Source: a virus. From it: a stretch of DNA of 64,000 nucleotides. Shown here piece after piece: positions 55,049-63,569 of the stretch (position 1 is its first letter; each line of letters begins with the position of its first letter). The stretch spans positions 32,001 through 96,000 of the IMG/VR virus record IMGVR_UViG_3300036399_001571; one strand, 5' to 3'. The notes below the pieces were generated by a model. It saw nothing but the letters and a program-made list of their open reading frames with translations. It ran no database searches and was not told where the DNA came from. The translations under genes were made by a program, and so were the position numbers.

Positions 55049-56259
55049 CAACAAAAAAGCCAAAATCGAGCATTGCAAAACTGGCTGAAACACAGCGAAA
55101 AAACGACTCAAATTCAGCCCTTGCTGCACAGTTGGCTGATTTGATAATGAAGAACAATATTGACCTTGATGAAATTGGCAATATTCAGAAAGTATCGATT
55201 AGGCACAATATCGGTCCTGACAAGAATGGCGTTCCACAGGGGAAGACAACTACAAGCATTCAGTTGTCACCAAAGTGGGATACTGGCCCAGAATGGCCTT
55301 TAATTACGCCAGCTCCAAGGCCTGCAAAACAACAACAAAAGTCAAATACAAAATCCAAGTCCATGAAGGGGTGGGAAACAGCTGTAATCGTCCCTGATAT
55401 ACAGTTCGGTTTCTACAAGACTGGAGTGGCTCATGATGCTCCAATTGCTGCAATTCATGATGACGAGGCTATCTCTGTAGCGCTTCAAGTAATCAAGGAT
55501 GTGAACCCTGACCAAGTCGTAATGGTTGGAGACAACCTAGATTTTGCTGAATTTGGCAAATATCTAACCGCACCTACGTTCAAGCAAATGATTCAGCCAG
55601 CAATCGATAGGGCTGCCCAGTTCCTTGAGGACCTGCGCGAAGCGGCACCAAATGCCAAAATCACATGGATTCAAGGCAATCACGAGAAGCGTCTGCCGAT
55701 GTATATACAGAGCAATGCCGAGGCTGCCTTTGGAATCACTAGAGGAAAGACCAAGCAATCTTCGCTCCGAGACAACTGGCCAGTGCTATCTCTCCCAGTT
55801 TTGCTTTGGATGGATGACCTTGACATTCAGTATCTGTCGGGTTATCCAGAAGCCGCCTATTACCTAAACTCAAATCTACGCATTGTCCACGGAGACAAGG
55901 TTGTTTCAAACGGAAGCACAACCAATAAATACCTGAACACAAACTCTGTTTCAGTGATTTACGGTCACATCCATAGAAATGAAATGGCATTTCAAACCAG
56001 AGAAACCGACCAGGGTCCACGAACAATCATGGCGGCAAGCCCTGGATGTTTGTGCCGTATCGATGGCGCCGTACCTTCAGTTAAATCAGGACTAGATGAA
56101 TTCGGTGTTCCTGTACTCCAAGGCGCAGAGAACTGGCAACAAGGCTTGGGTGTTGTCCAATACCAGCCAAGAGGCGTTGGAGGAGAGTACTTCAACTATG
56201 AGCCAATGTGGATTTTCAAGGGCAGAGGGGTATTCAGAGGCCAGGAGTACGTTGCATAA
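55045..56259 (+). CDS. Calcineurin-like metallophosphoesterase
   Basis: PDIQ, GDNLD, GNHE, HGD, GHIH motifs. Confidence 0.9.
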   Translation: MTTKKPKSSIAKLAETQRKNDSNSALAAQLADLIMKNNIDLDEIGNIQKVSIRHNIGPDKNGVPQGKTTTSIQLSPKWDTGPEWPLITPAPRPAKQQQKSNTKSKSMKGWETAVIVPDIQFGFYKTGVAHDAPIAAIHDDEAISVALQVIKDVNPDQVVMVGDNLDFAEFGKYLTAPTFKQMIQPAIDRAAQFLEDLREAAPNAKITWIQGNHEKRLPMYIQSNAEAAFGITRGKTKQSSLRDNWPVLSLPVLLWMDDLDIQYLSGYPEAAYYLNSNLRIVHGDKVVSNGSTTNKYLNTNSVSVIYGHIHRNEMAFQTRETDQGPRTIMAASPGCLCRIDGAVPSVKSGLDEFGVPVLQGAENWQQGLGVVQYQPRGVGGEYFNYEPMWIFKGRGVFRGQEYVA

Positions 56260-56474
56260 TGGACGAAGAGGAACTTCAACGTAAAGTAATTAGCGAAACT
56301 CTTGAAGAGTGCGTGAAGCTTGGGTTGGTTGAAGTCGTCGGAATCAATGAGGCCGGGGAATGGTTGTATGGTGCAACGGAAAAAGGAATCAGGGTTCTAA
56401 ACTCTGCTCAAGGATACAAGGCTGCCTATGAAGCAATTCTTGCCATGAGAGAAGATTACGAAGAAGAGGAATAA
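56259..56474 (+). CDS. Hypothetical protein
   Basis: TAATG overlap; LGLVEVVG....GEWLY..T.KG. Confidence 0.65.
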   Translation: MDEEELQRKVISETLEECVKLGLVEVVGINEAGEWLYGATEKGIRVLNSAQGYKAAYEAILAMREDYEEEE

Positions 56475-56479
56475 ACCCC

Positions 56480-57103
56480 ATGACAACGATTATCGGAATA
56501 CAGGGAGATGGTTTCGCATTTGCATGCGTCGACTCCCAGATTTCTGATGTTGATGACAATGGGTACGCAACGCAGATAGCCACTCTCAGAGAGTCTTCAT
56601 CAAAACTCAGCTACAACGGCAGGTACTTGCTTGGAGCCGCAGGGGATGTAAGAGCGATAAACATTCTCCACCATGCCTTCAACCCTCCAGTTTGTCCACC
56701 GACTTTAAAGGGAAAGAAGCTCGACCACTTCGTTACAGTTAAATTTATCCCAGCCTTAAGGGAATGTTTTGAAACCCACGGGTACAACTCGCCACAGAAC
56801 GAGAATTCCGAGCATGTTGCTGAACACGGTTCAGTCATTTTCATGGCTATCAATGGCGTGATATACGTAATCGACGGAGACTACTCATGGATGTCGGATA
56901 TGAATGGAGTCTATGCAATTGGGACTGGCGCGCAATATGCGCTAGGGGCGCTGCATGTCCTGATGCCAAAGACCAAGATGACTATGGCTGTCGCCAAGAA
57001 GATTGGAATCAAAGCCATAGTGACTGCCGCCAGGTTTGACCCATATACCGGCGCGCCGTACCACTCATTTACGACTGGGACCGAGAAGAAGCCAAGACCT
57101 TAG
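56480..57103 (+). CDS. HslV / proteasome beta-subunit-like Ntn peptidase
   Basis: N-terminal MTTIIG (Thr nucleophile), DSQ, GAAGD, AIGTGAQYALGAL, DPYTG. Confidence 0.85.
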   Translation: MTTIIGIQGDGFAFACVDSQISDVDDNGYATQIATLRESSSKLSYNGRYLLGAAGDVRAINILHHAFNPPVCPPTLKGKKLDHFVTVKFIPALRECFETHGYNSPQNENSEHVAEHGSVIFMAINGVIYVIDGDYSWMSDMNGVYAIGTGAQYALGALHVLMPKTKMTMAVAKKIGIKAIVTAARFDPYTGAPYHSFTTGTEKKPRP

Positions 57104-57506
57104 CACAGGCTTTACAGCCTCTATTAGGACGACCATTTCTCATTTTCACCCTGGTGTTCTCTGCGGTGAATTCATGTCCACGCTTGCAGTGGGTCAGATT
57201 AGCCAGTTGATTACTGCCCCTCTCTGACCTTTGAACCCCTGCAGTGCTTGGGTCTGTAGCCAGCAAGTGTTCAGGATTGAGGCAACCAACATCGCCGCAG
57301 GTTCTGTATATGTTGTGGGAGTAGTCGATATCCCCAACATGCATAAGGTACGAGAGTCTATGGGCATGCATAGATGTCCCTTTCCACATGAACTTAGGAT
57401 GTTCCTTGATTACATCTCCGTTTAGCTTCATGAAGTACCAACAAGAATCAGTTACTTTTATTCTCTTTTTGAACGCTGTCTGGATAGATTTATCCGGAGT
57501 TTTCAC
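57069..57506 (-). CDS. HNH endonuclease-like protein (possibly degenerate)
   Basis: CW...AHRLSY...TC....CLNPEHL; C-terminal THCKRGHEF..EN...CKAC. Confidence 0.75.
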   Translation of the reverse strand: MKTPDKSIQTAFKKRIKVTDSCWYFMKLNGDVIKEHPKFMWKGTSMHAHRLSYLMHVGDIDYSHNIYRTCGDVGCLNPEHLLATDPSTAGVQRSERGSNQLANLTHCKRGHEFTAENTRVKMRNGRPNRGCKACAKVLASSRSQS

Positions 57507-57509
57507 TGA

Positions 57510-57776
57510 CTAGCTCCGGCTCCTCATGATTTCGGCTCTTGTCATAGCGTCTCCGAATACACCATTACTCATAGCTGCTCTCATGCGGCTTCCGCTAGAG
57601 CGCTCGTAAGTAGTGCTTGCTTCAGAGCGAGTGCCAATCTCTCCAGGCTTGCACGTCAAGCACTGCTTGTACTTTCGACCACTTCCCTTATTTAGAATAC
57701 GAACATTGTCATCTGAAAGCTCATGTCCTAACTTGCAGTGAGTTCGTTCGGCTCGTTCCTTAATCTGTCGTCCCAT
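57510..57776 (-). CDS. Small Zn-binding protein
   Basis: THCKLGHEL..DN...QCLTC, the same motif as the HNH C-terminus; AAGGAAGG RBS. Confidence 0.6.
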   Translation of the reverse strand: MGRQIKERAERTHCKLGHELSDDNVRILNKGSGRKYKQCLTCKPGEIGTRSEASTTYERSSGSRMRAAMSNGVFGDAMTRAEIMRSRS

Positions 57777-57992
57777 GTGATTTCCTTCCTTCGTAGGTAT
57801 GCATAGATTACACAAAGGAGAGGAACGAAGCAACAATTGGAGGAAAGAAACGCCGCTTAATTTGCTGCCACGGGGTTAGCAAAAGCTGGGTAGTCCACTA
57901 TACCTAGAAGGGAATAATAGATGTGCTTATATAGGGAGACGTAATTAATGAGAACTCAATAAAGGGTTCTTAAGAAAGATTGCCCAATTATA

Positions 57993-58325
57993 ATGCCCAA
58001 ACAAAAAAAGGTAAATAAAACTACCCAACCAACAGAATTACCGTATATCCAAAGATTCGGTTGGTTTGAACTAGCAGCCTGTAAGAATAAGACCGCACTT
58101 ATGTTTCCCAAAGAACATAAGGATATTACTTATATTGCCCAGGCTAGGGCTATCTGTAAAGGCTGTCCAGTGAAGAATCAGTGTTTGGAGTATGCACTAG
58201 AGTTCCCACCGGCAGATATGCATGGTGTATGGGCTGGACTCACTAGTAGACAACTAGCAGCAGAGCAAAGACGCAGGGGAGTAAAGCCAACAAGGCCGAC
58301 CCTTGCACAGATGTGGGGAAGCTAA
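57993..58325 (+). CDS. whiB: WhiB-family Fe-S transcription factor
   Basis: W...AAC......MFP......A..IC.GCPV..QCLEYAL......GVWAG.T..Q. Confidence 0.92.
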   Translation: MPKQKKVNKTTQPTELPYIQRFGWFELAACKNKTALMFPKEHKDITYIAQARAICKGCPVKNQCLEYALEFPPADMHGVWAGLTSRQLAAEQRRRGVKPTRPTLAQMWGS

Positions 58326-58410
58326 TGGAAGCAACCATCTGCTCCTGTATTAAGAGAAAGATACTCCCGACATACCCAATATGCGGAGAGAAGTTAGACG
58401 ACTTCGAAGA

Positions 58411-58755
58411 CTAGTTAACTCTTAGATTACAGGTCTTACAGAACTCCATACCTGATATGTCAGTAAGGTCCTGAACACATTCCTTTTGACCACAAGGCTG
58501 GAGAAGTCTTTCACCAGTGATGTACGAACGAATGACATCGTCAGCAGTGACTTTAGAGTACTGAGAAGGACCAGGCTCAGGGATTTTCTTTTCGTTCCGT
58601 ATGAACATAAGGGCTGCATAAGTAATCAGTTGATTGACCGAAACCCCTATTTCATCGGCATAGCGAACAATCTCATTCTTTTGAGCACCCGTAACGGACA
58701 GCGCAATGCCGTACTTACGGTTAGGGAATTTAGCTAACTCTCGCTTACGCACCAT
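58411..58755 (-). CDS. Ribbon-helix-helix-like protein with C-terminal Cys cluster
   Basis: IALSVTGAQKNEIVRYADEIGVSVNQLI; PC...C...CKTC. Confidence 0.6.
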   Translation of the reverse strand: MVRKRELAKFPNRKYGIALSVTGAQKNEIVRYADEIGVSVNQLITYAALMFIRNEKKIPEPGPSQYSKVTADDVIRSYITGERLLQPCGQKECVQDLTDISGMEFCKTCNLRVN

Positions 58756-58912
58756 CCCGAATAACCAAAGCCTTTATATAGTCCGTAAGGGTAAGGTCGA
58801 CTGCTTCAGCCTGAATAATAAGGCGCTCTTTAAACTCTCTAGAGACTTTAAGAGTAACGGTCGTACTCTCTTTGACTGGGTGGACAACTGGACGCCCCTG
58901 ATTCCGTTTCAT
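58745..58912 (-). CDS. Ribbon-helix-helix (CopG/Arc-like) protein (not in ORF track)
   Basis: 55 aa: MKRNQGRPVVHPVKESTTVTLKVSREFKERLIIQAEAVDLTLTDYIKALVIRDGA. Confidence 0.7.
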   Translation of the reverse strand: MKRNQGRPVVHPVKESTTVTLKVSREFKERLIIQAEAVDLTLTDYIKALVIRDGA

Positions 58913-58921
58913 AGCCAGATG

Positions 58922-59062
58922 TTAGCGGATAACTAGGTTATGGATGAGCAGGGCTATATAGGTAACAGAAAGAGCACGAATCCAGAAGGAGGCACGGGAA
59001 TAGGAAATGATGAAAATAGCCGCCAGCCCTATAAGGAAGAAGGTGTATTCGATGATTGACAT
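58922..59062 (-). CDS. Small membrane protein (not in ORF track)
   Basis: 46 aa MSIIEYTFFLIGLAAIFII...LLIHNLVIR; two hydrophobic segments; fills the operon gap. Confidence 0.55.
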   Translation of the reverse strand: MSIIEYTFFLIGLAAIFIISYSRASFWIRALSVTYIALLIHNLVIR

Positions 59063-59072
59063 AGGTGGCCTT

Positions 59073-59249
59073 TCAGACTGCGAGGGTAACTAGGAGACGG
59101 ATTGCCCACCAGCATAGCCAGAGGTAGACGGAAATACCAGCAATCCAGAGAAAAGAAACGTATGTCCACTTCCAAAAGACTGAAAAAGAGGCAAAAAGCT
59201 TGCGTGCGTGCGGTTTTTTCGTTTCAAAATTTTTTTTGTCGGTGCTCAA
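59073..59249 (-). CDS. Small membrane protein (not in ORF track)
   Basis: TTG directly after the upstream TAG; 58 aa with Trp-rich TM segment VSFLWIAGISVYLWLCWWAIRLLV. Confidence 0.5.
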   Translation of the reverse strand: MSTDKKNFETKKPHARKLFASFSVFWKWTYVSFLWIAGISVYLWLCWWAIRLLVTLAV

Positions 59250-59726
59250 CTACAAATCTTCCTTTTGTATGGCGTACTTGTCTTGCTCTAGCTTCTGGAC
59301 TACCTGCTCATACGTGCGTACGAATACTTCCCTATCGCCATTGGTGTGCATGTCGTATGAAACTTCCCCTAATTTATTTAGCGTAATTTTTAGTGCCTCG
59401 TCGAAAGGGGGTCTTTCTGTTTGGGCACCGGAATGTACCTCTTTTAATATCCCCTGAAAAATACCCCAAGCAGAATAGGCATCTAAAAATGGGGGTATTT
59501 TATTACGGGTATCTATTGCGGTGCGTCTTACGTCCCCAGGCCTGGGCATGAACTTGGCGTGTGTCGCTAGCTGGATGAAGGCCGACTTGACGTCCTCGTA
59601 CTCTAAGTCGCGCAGTAACTCGTACCAGGCGTTAAAGGTTGCCTTCTCATCTACTTTCAGTAACTGTTGATTGTAGGTGGCGTATGCCTGTCTTACTATC
59701 TCGACTGTCTGCTCTTTGGTTATCAG
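59250..59726 (-). CDS. G39P-like helicase loader / inhibitor protein, probable CTG start
   Basis: The frame stays open upstream of ATG 59549: ITKEQ..EIV...YATY...W..LL.DL.YE.V...F.....KFMPRPGDVR, resembling the SPP1 G39P N-domain; GAGGA RBS before CTG. Confidence 0.6.
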   Translation of the reverse strand: MITKEQTVEIVRQAYATYNQQLLKVDEKATFNAWYELLRDLEYEDVKSAFIQLATHAKFMPRPGDVRRTAIDTRNKIPPFLDAYSAWGIFQGILKEVHSGAQTERPPFDEALKITLNKLGEVSYDMHTNGDREVFVRTYEQVVQKLEQDKYAIQKEDL

Positions 59727-60136
59727 AATGGTTCCTCGTTTGTGGTGTCGTCTGATACTAGGGCAAGAAAGCGCTCTATGTGCTCTGAGTCGCGCAGGAT
59801 GAGTTCTATCTCGTTATACACACGGTTGTTCTTGTTGCGCCCCATATGGAAGTCTGAGAGGGAACAGCCAGTGATTGCGTCCCTACAGGCGTCTAGTCCA
59901 TAGTCGTGTATTGCAGCTCCTATAGCTTGCCGGCGTTTCTCATCTAGGGCTACGCGCTTCTTATTGAACGTTAGGACCCAGAAGTCAAATACTTCTTTTA
60001 TTTGGTTCTGGTCTACAAGTAAGGATTTCTTGTTCTTACTGATTGTTGCAGCACGGGGGCGTTTCTGAGGTCCCCTTTTCTTAGCTGGTTCGGTCATTTC
60101 AAAAAGCCTTTCCACCACCGATATTTGTGAAGACAT
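59723..60136 (-). CDS. Phage replication initiator-like protein (C-terminal-type domain)
   Basis: VFDFW...LDEKRR.AI..A...YG...C..AI.G...S.FHMG.N....YN.IELILRD...IERF; adjacent to the G39P-like gene. Confidence 0.6.
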   Translation of the reverse strand: MSSQISVVERLFEMTEPAKKRGPQKRPRAATISKNKKSLLVDQNQIKEVFDFWVLTFNKKRVALDEKRRQAIGAAIHDYGLDACRDAITGCSLSDFHMGRNKNNRVYNEIELILRDSEHIERFLALVSDDTTNEEPF

Positions 60137-60449
60137 AGTTCTCCCCCTTGAAAGTTGAGTTTATAAGATTCGTAGGTGAATCTCTAACTTCTCTAAACCA
60201 AATTGTTTTTTCTTGGAAGAATGTTGCGACTCATAGTGAGTATGAGTTAACAACTAATTCCAAGGATAAAACTAATTGAATATAGAAAGACCTAATGACC
60301 CACTTTGGAAGGGGTCTGGGGAAACCTTTTTCTTCCGCAGACCCTATCGAGTACGTCGCCATGTAAGCCTTCTGAATATTTCAGAAAGTTAATCTAGGTG
60401 ATTTAGTTGTAGGCCTACGTATTTCACTGGGAGCTACCCAGCGGCATTC

Positions 60450-60478
60450 AAGTTAGCAGAGTCTTCCACCACCGTCAA
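60450..60478 (-). promoter_or_regulatory. Candidate sigma70/SigA-type leftward promoter
   Basis: TTGACG - 17 nt - TAACTT (TANNNT), overlapping one copy of the repeated motif. Confidence 0.5.
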
Positions 60479-60601
60479 CCTCGAAACAGATATTTTTAAG
60501 ATTTTTTTTTCGGCTGTCTGGTTTGATTTATCCAGACCTGCGCACAGCTTGTGCACGGTTCCACAGCGGGGCTTTAACCTGTGATATATTTTACCCTCGA
60601 T

Positions 60602-60697
60602 GCCGGAAGGTCCCCCCTTTCTCCTTTCGGTGTCACTCGACCCCGGGGTTGAGATAAAGCGGGTTAGTAGGTGGCGCGCTTGGTCTCCTCCGGGGTC
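60602..60697. ncRNA. Candidate structured RNA element (two hairpins)
   Basis: Stem 60602-60610 / 60623-60631 with a C6 loop; stem GACCCCGG / CCGGGGTC extended by GAGA/TCTC and AAGCG/CGCTT. Confidence 0.3.
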
Positions 60698-60723
60698 ACT
60701 TTCTTTTGCCGGCCGGCAGCAAA

Positions 60724-61068
60724 CTATTGTTCTTTTTGTCTTTGTCGTTCTGCGTTTATGCGGTAAAGCTCGATGCTTTCTTCAAACTTTTGAATCCAAA
60801 CATCCCGGTCTTCGTAGAAGCTCCAATTTTCAAACAGCATCAACTCCGCTAGGACGACTTCCGAATTTAATGGGTATCCACTTAGCGCGCTAAACCATTC
60901 AACCTCGTATGCATTTGGTGTTCCGTATTGGTCCCTGCTAAAAACAGATTTAATGAATCCCTGGGTATTCACGTATCGGTGCTTTGGGTAGTATTCCAGG
61001 TATCCAGCTTCCAGGTGTTTGTGGACAAACCTGCCGACTAGACCTTCTGATGATTTTGTTTCTGTCAT
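60724..61068 (-). CDS. Hypothetical protein
   Basis: 114-aa ORF with AG-rich RBS. Confidence 0.65.
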   Translation of the reverse strand: MTETKSSEGLVGRFVHKHLEAGYLEYYPKHRYVNTQGFIKSVFSRDQYGTPNAYEVEWFSALSGYPLNSEVVLAELMLFENWSFYEDRDVWIQKFEESIELYRINAERQRQKEQ

Positions 61069-61125
61069 GTTTCTCTTCTTTCGTTTAATAACGGATGGTC
61101 TTCCACCACCGTCATGTAAGTGGGG

Positions 61126-61674
61126 TTATTTTTTCTTCTTTTTCTTCCGGCGCGCAGCTTCCACCTCGTGTGCTGCCTCGTGCGCGAGTGCGTTTTTGGA
61201 TTTGCTGCTCAGGTCGATATTCAGAAGAACTCTTTCGTATTCGTTGTTGAGGTCGGTACTCAGGAGAGCTTTCTGAATCTTTTTGATTCTTTTCCGGCGT
61301 CTTCTGGATGGCTTCTTCTTCGATATCTGGACCAGGGAGTACTTCCCGAATTCATTATCAATCAGCAGAGCGTCTGATTCGTTTACGTCCCAGACGGGTG
61401 GATAATTATCTAAATTTTGTGAGAGGAGGACATCGAGCGGGAAAGCTGCAGCGCCATCCATATTCTGGAATAATACGTACGGCCGCACGGTCTTCGAGTA
61501 TTCGTCGTGCGCGCCGGCAACACCCCAGCCAATAATCTGAAATTTATGATATGTGCATTTAATCTTCAGCTTGCCATCTTTAACCACATCACCCATAACC
61601 AGGATTAGGTAAGCATAAAGCGGAGTTAATTGTGGGGTGAGCTGGAGCTCAGAAGATTCGAAGTGGGAGGCCAT
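61126..61674 (-). CDS. Hypothetical protein with basic C-terminus
   Basis: 182-aa ORF; AAAGGA RBS. Confidence 0.6.
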   Translation of the reverse strand: MASHFESSELQLTPQLTPLYAYLILVMGDVVKDGKLKIKCTYHKFQIIGWGVAGAHDEYSKTVRPYVLFQNMDGAAAFPLDVLLSQNLDNYPPVWDVNESDALLIDNEFGKYSLVQISKKKPSRRRRKRIKKIQKALLSTDLNNEYERVLLNIDLSSKSKNALAHEAAHEVEAARRKKKKKK

Positions 61675-61769
61675 AGTAAATTTTCCTTTTTTAGTGTTTT
61701 CCCCTCGAGCTCAGAACGTTAGCTGAAGCTGAGCTCGAGAGAAATCTGTTAATTTTTTGATTTTTTTGA

Positions 61770-62393
61770 CTACTCAGCGGCCGGCGCCAGGGGAAGTAAA
61801 AACCAATTTCTTTCCCACATAATGCCGATTGACGCGTAACCGATGACATCGATGAAGTTATCCACCACCGATTCGTTTTCTGGGTTGGTTTCGTTCTGGA
61901 GGAGGTTCTCGAGTCGCGCAACTTTGTCATGCATTCTCACGAGTAGACCGGCGCGTCCGAATCGAGCAATGTTATGGTGCCCGTAATCGCGCTGCTTTCT
62001 AACCAAAATCTTCGAAATATCTTCTACGTGGCCGGCAAGCTCTTCGTCGATTTCTTTAAAAATTTCTTTCTTTTCTGCAACAACGGCGGCCGTCCGCCCA
62101 AGGATTGCCCAGTACTCAGCCGCCACATCTCCAGAAATATTCTTTTTTGACTCTGGTCCAATCTCGTCAATCAGGTAATCGAGATACTCCCTGACGTCTG
62201 ACAGCCGGTCCCACGTGTTGAAAGAATGATTAAAAATCTGAAAAACTGCACGGCGTGCCGCGTCGTCCCAGGTAGTGGGCGGCTTCTTTTTACCGTAGAC
62301 CCAGTCGACCATTTTGACCAGGTCAAGCTGACCATCAGTCATGGTTTCCACCACCGTCGAATTAATAGGGACATCGAACTTCGTTTGTTGCAT
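61770..62393 (-). CDS. DUF1599 / nucleotide-modification-associated domain 1 protein
   Basis: KQRDYG..NI..FG..GLLVRMHDKVARL.NL.......ESVVDNFIDVIGYA; TAATG overlap. Confidence 0.8.
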   Translation of the reverse strand: MQQTKFDVPINSTVVETMTDGQLDLVKMVDWVYGKKKPPTTWDDAARRAVFQIFNHSFNTWDRLSDVREYLDYLIDEIGPESKKNISGDVAAEYWAILGRTAAVVAEKKEIFKEIDEELAGHVEDISKILVRKQRDYGHHNIARFGRAGLLVRMHDKVARLENLLQNETNPENESVVDNFIDVIGYASIGIMWERNWFLLPLAPAAE

Positions 62394-62833
62394 TACAGGT
62401 CCTTCCATGTGGGTGGGTGTGCTTCACACTCTAGCGTAATTTTGTCATTCAGCAACTCCAGGAACTCAATCCATGCATCATCGCGCAGCCCCGCTTCTAG
62501 TTCCTCGATGTAATCTATTTGAGCTTGGATGTACTCCTTGGAAAAAGCAGCGAGTATTACGTTTGGATTCGAGCACGGAAACAACACCGGTCCATTCACA
62601 TTGCCGATTGATGACTCTGGCACGTGGATTGCTTTGATGGCATAATGACCATCAGTCGCGACGAACATAACGTTGTGTTCCCGCTGTTCAGTTTCTTTAA
62701 GTTCCTCGAGCATGGCTGCGGCTACATCATCATTTATTCCGGACGCCGCGAGCGCTGCAGTTAACTCTTCTTTTCTTTCGAATGGGACCGATTTCTCGAA
62801 GTCATCAAATGGATTTTTCAATTGCACCTCCAT
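62393..62833 (-). CDS. Hypothetical protein
   Basis: 146-aa ORF; GGAGG RBS. Confidence 0.7.
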   Translation of the reverse strand: MEVQLKNPFDDFEKSVPFERKEELTAALAASGINDDVAAAMLEELKETEQREHNVMFVATDGHYAIKAIHVPESSIGNVNGPVLFPCSNPNVILAAFSKEYIQAQIDYIEELEAGLRDDAWIEFLELLNDKITLECEAHPPTWKDL

Positions 62834-62945
62834 GGGCTGAGCTAATTGTACACGCGCGCATCCCAGATGTTAAGTTTTGTTGTAATAAATAATTAAATGT
62901 CAACTGTTTCCGTGAGGCAGCGAATGCCGTACTAGTCTCTGGTTT

Positions 62946-63317
62946 ATGGATAACACGACAAGATTCAATACCTACATTAAAGCCCTTTCTCAGTTCGCCG
63001 CGCGCGAAGGACATTGCAATGTTCCAGCCATCCATACTGAAATTGTTGGAAATAATGATGTCACACTGGGAGCTTGGGTTGGCTATGTTCGCCAGAGACG
63101 CAGAAAAAATCAACTTTCTGAAGAGCGCGCATCGGCTATCCAGGCTGTTTCGGGTTGGCAATGGGGTCCACTGAAGCCTGGTCCTGCTACAGACGCTGAC
63201 AGAAATTCTGAAATTTTGCAAATGCGCGCGGCGGGTTCTTCGCTCCGCCAAATTGCAGATAAGTTTGATTTGAGCCGGCAGCGCGTTCATCAAATAGTTA
63301 AAAATATTTCTATTTAG
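62946..63317 (+). CDS. Helicase-associated (HA) domain plus C-terminal HTH protein
   Basis: AL..F..REGH.NVP......LG.WV...RQR.....LS.ER...I....W.W (HA); SLRQIADKFDLSRQRVHQIV (HTH). Confidence 0.8.
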   Translation: MDNTTRFNTYIKALSQFAAREGHCNVPAIHTEIVGNNDVTLGAWVGYVRQRRRKNQLSEERASAIQAVSGWQWGPLKPGPATDADRNSEILQMRAAGSSLRQIADKFDLSRQRVHQIVKNISI

Positions 63318-63569
63318 CTCAGCACCGGGTCGATAGAAATAGTTTAAAAAAATCGTTTTTTTGCTCTGACTCTGGGGCCGGCGCGGGAAGAAAAAAACTT
63401 TAAAAATTATCATTTTTTATCCCTGGCTGCGGCCGGCTTTGATTGCAAAAAAAGTTGTAAATTTGATATCGGTATACCTGCACTTGAGCTTCGACGGATG
63501 GTTGCAAAAAAATCATTTTTTTGAGCCATACCAGAACGTGCTTTGGTCTTCTGGATAGGATTAGGAATC

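Noticed and set aside
58325-58414. 29-aa ORF overlapping the whiB stop (MEATICSC...)
   Set aside because: It is too short, has no recognisable motif, and cannot be supported without homologs
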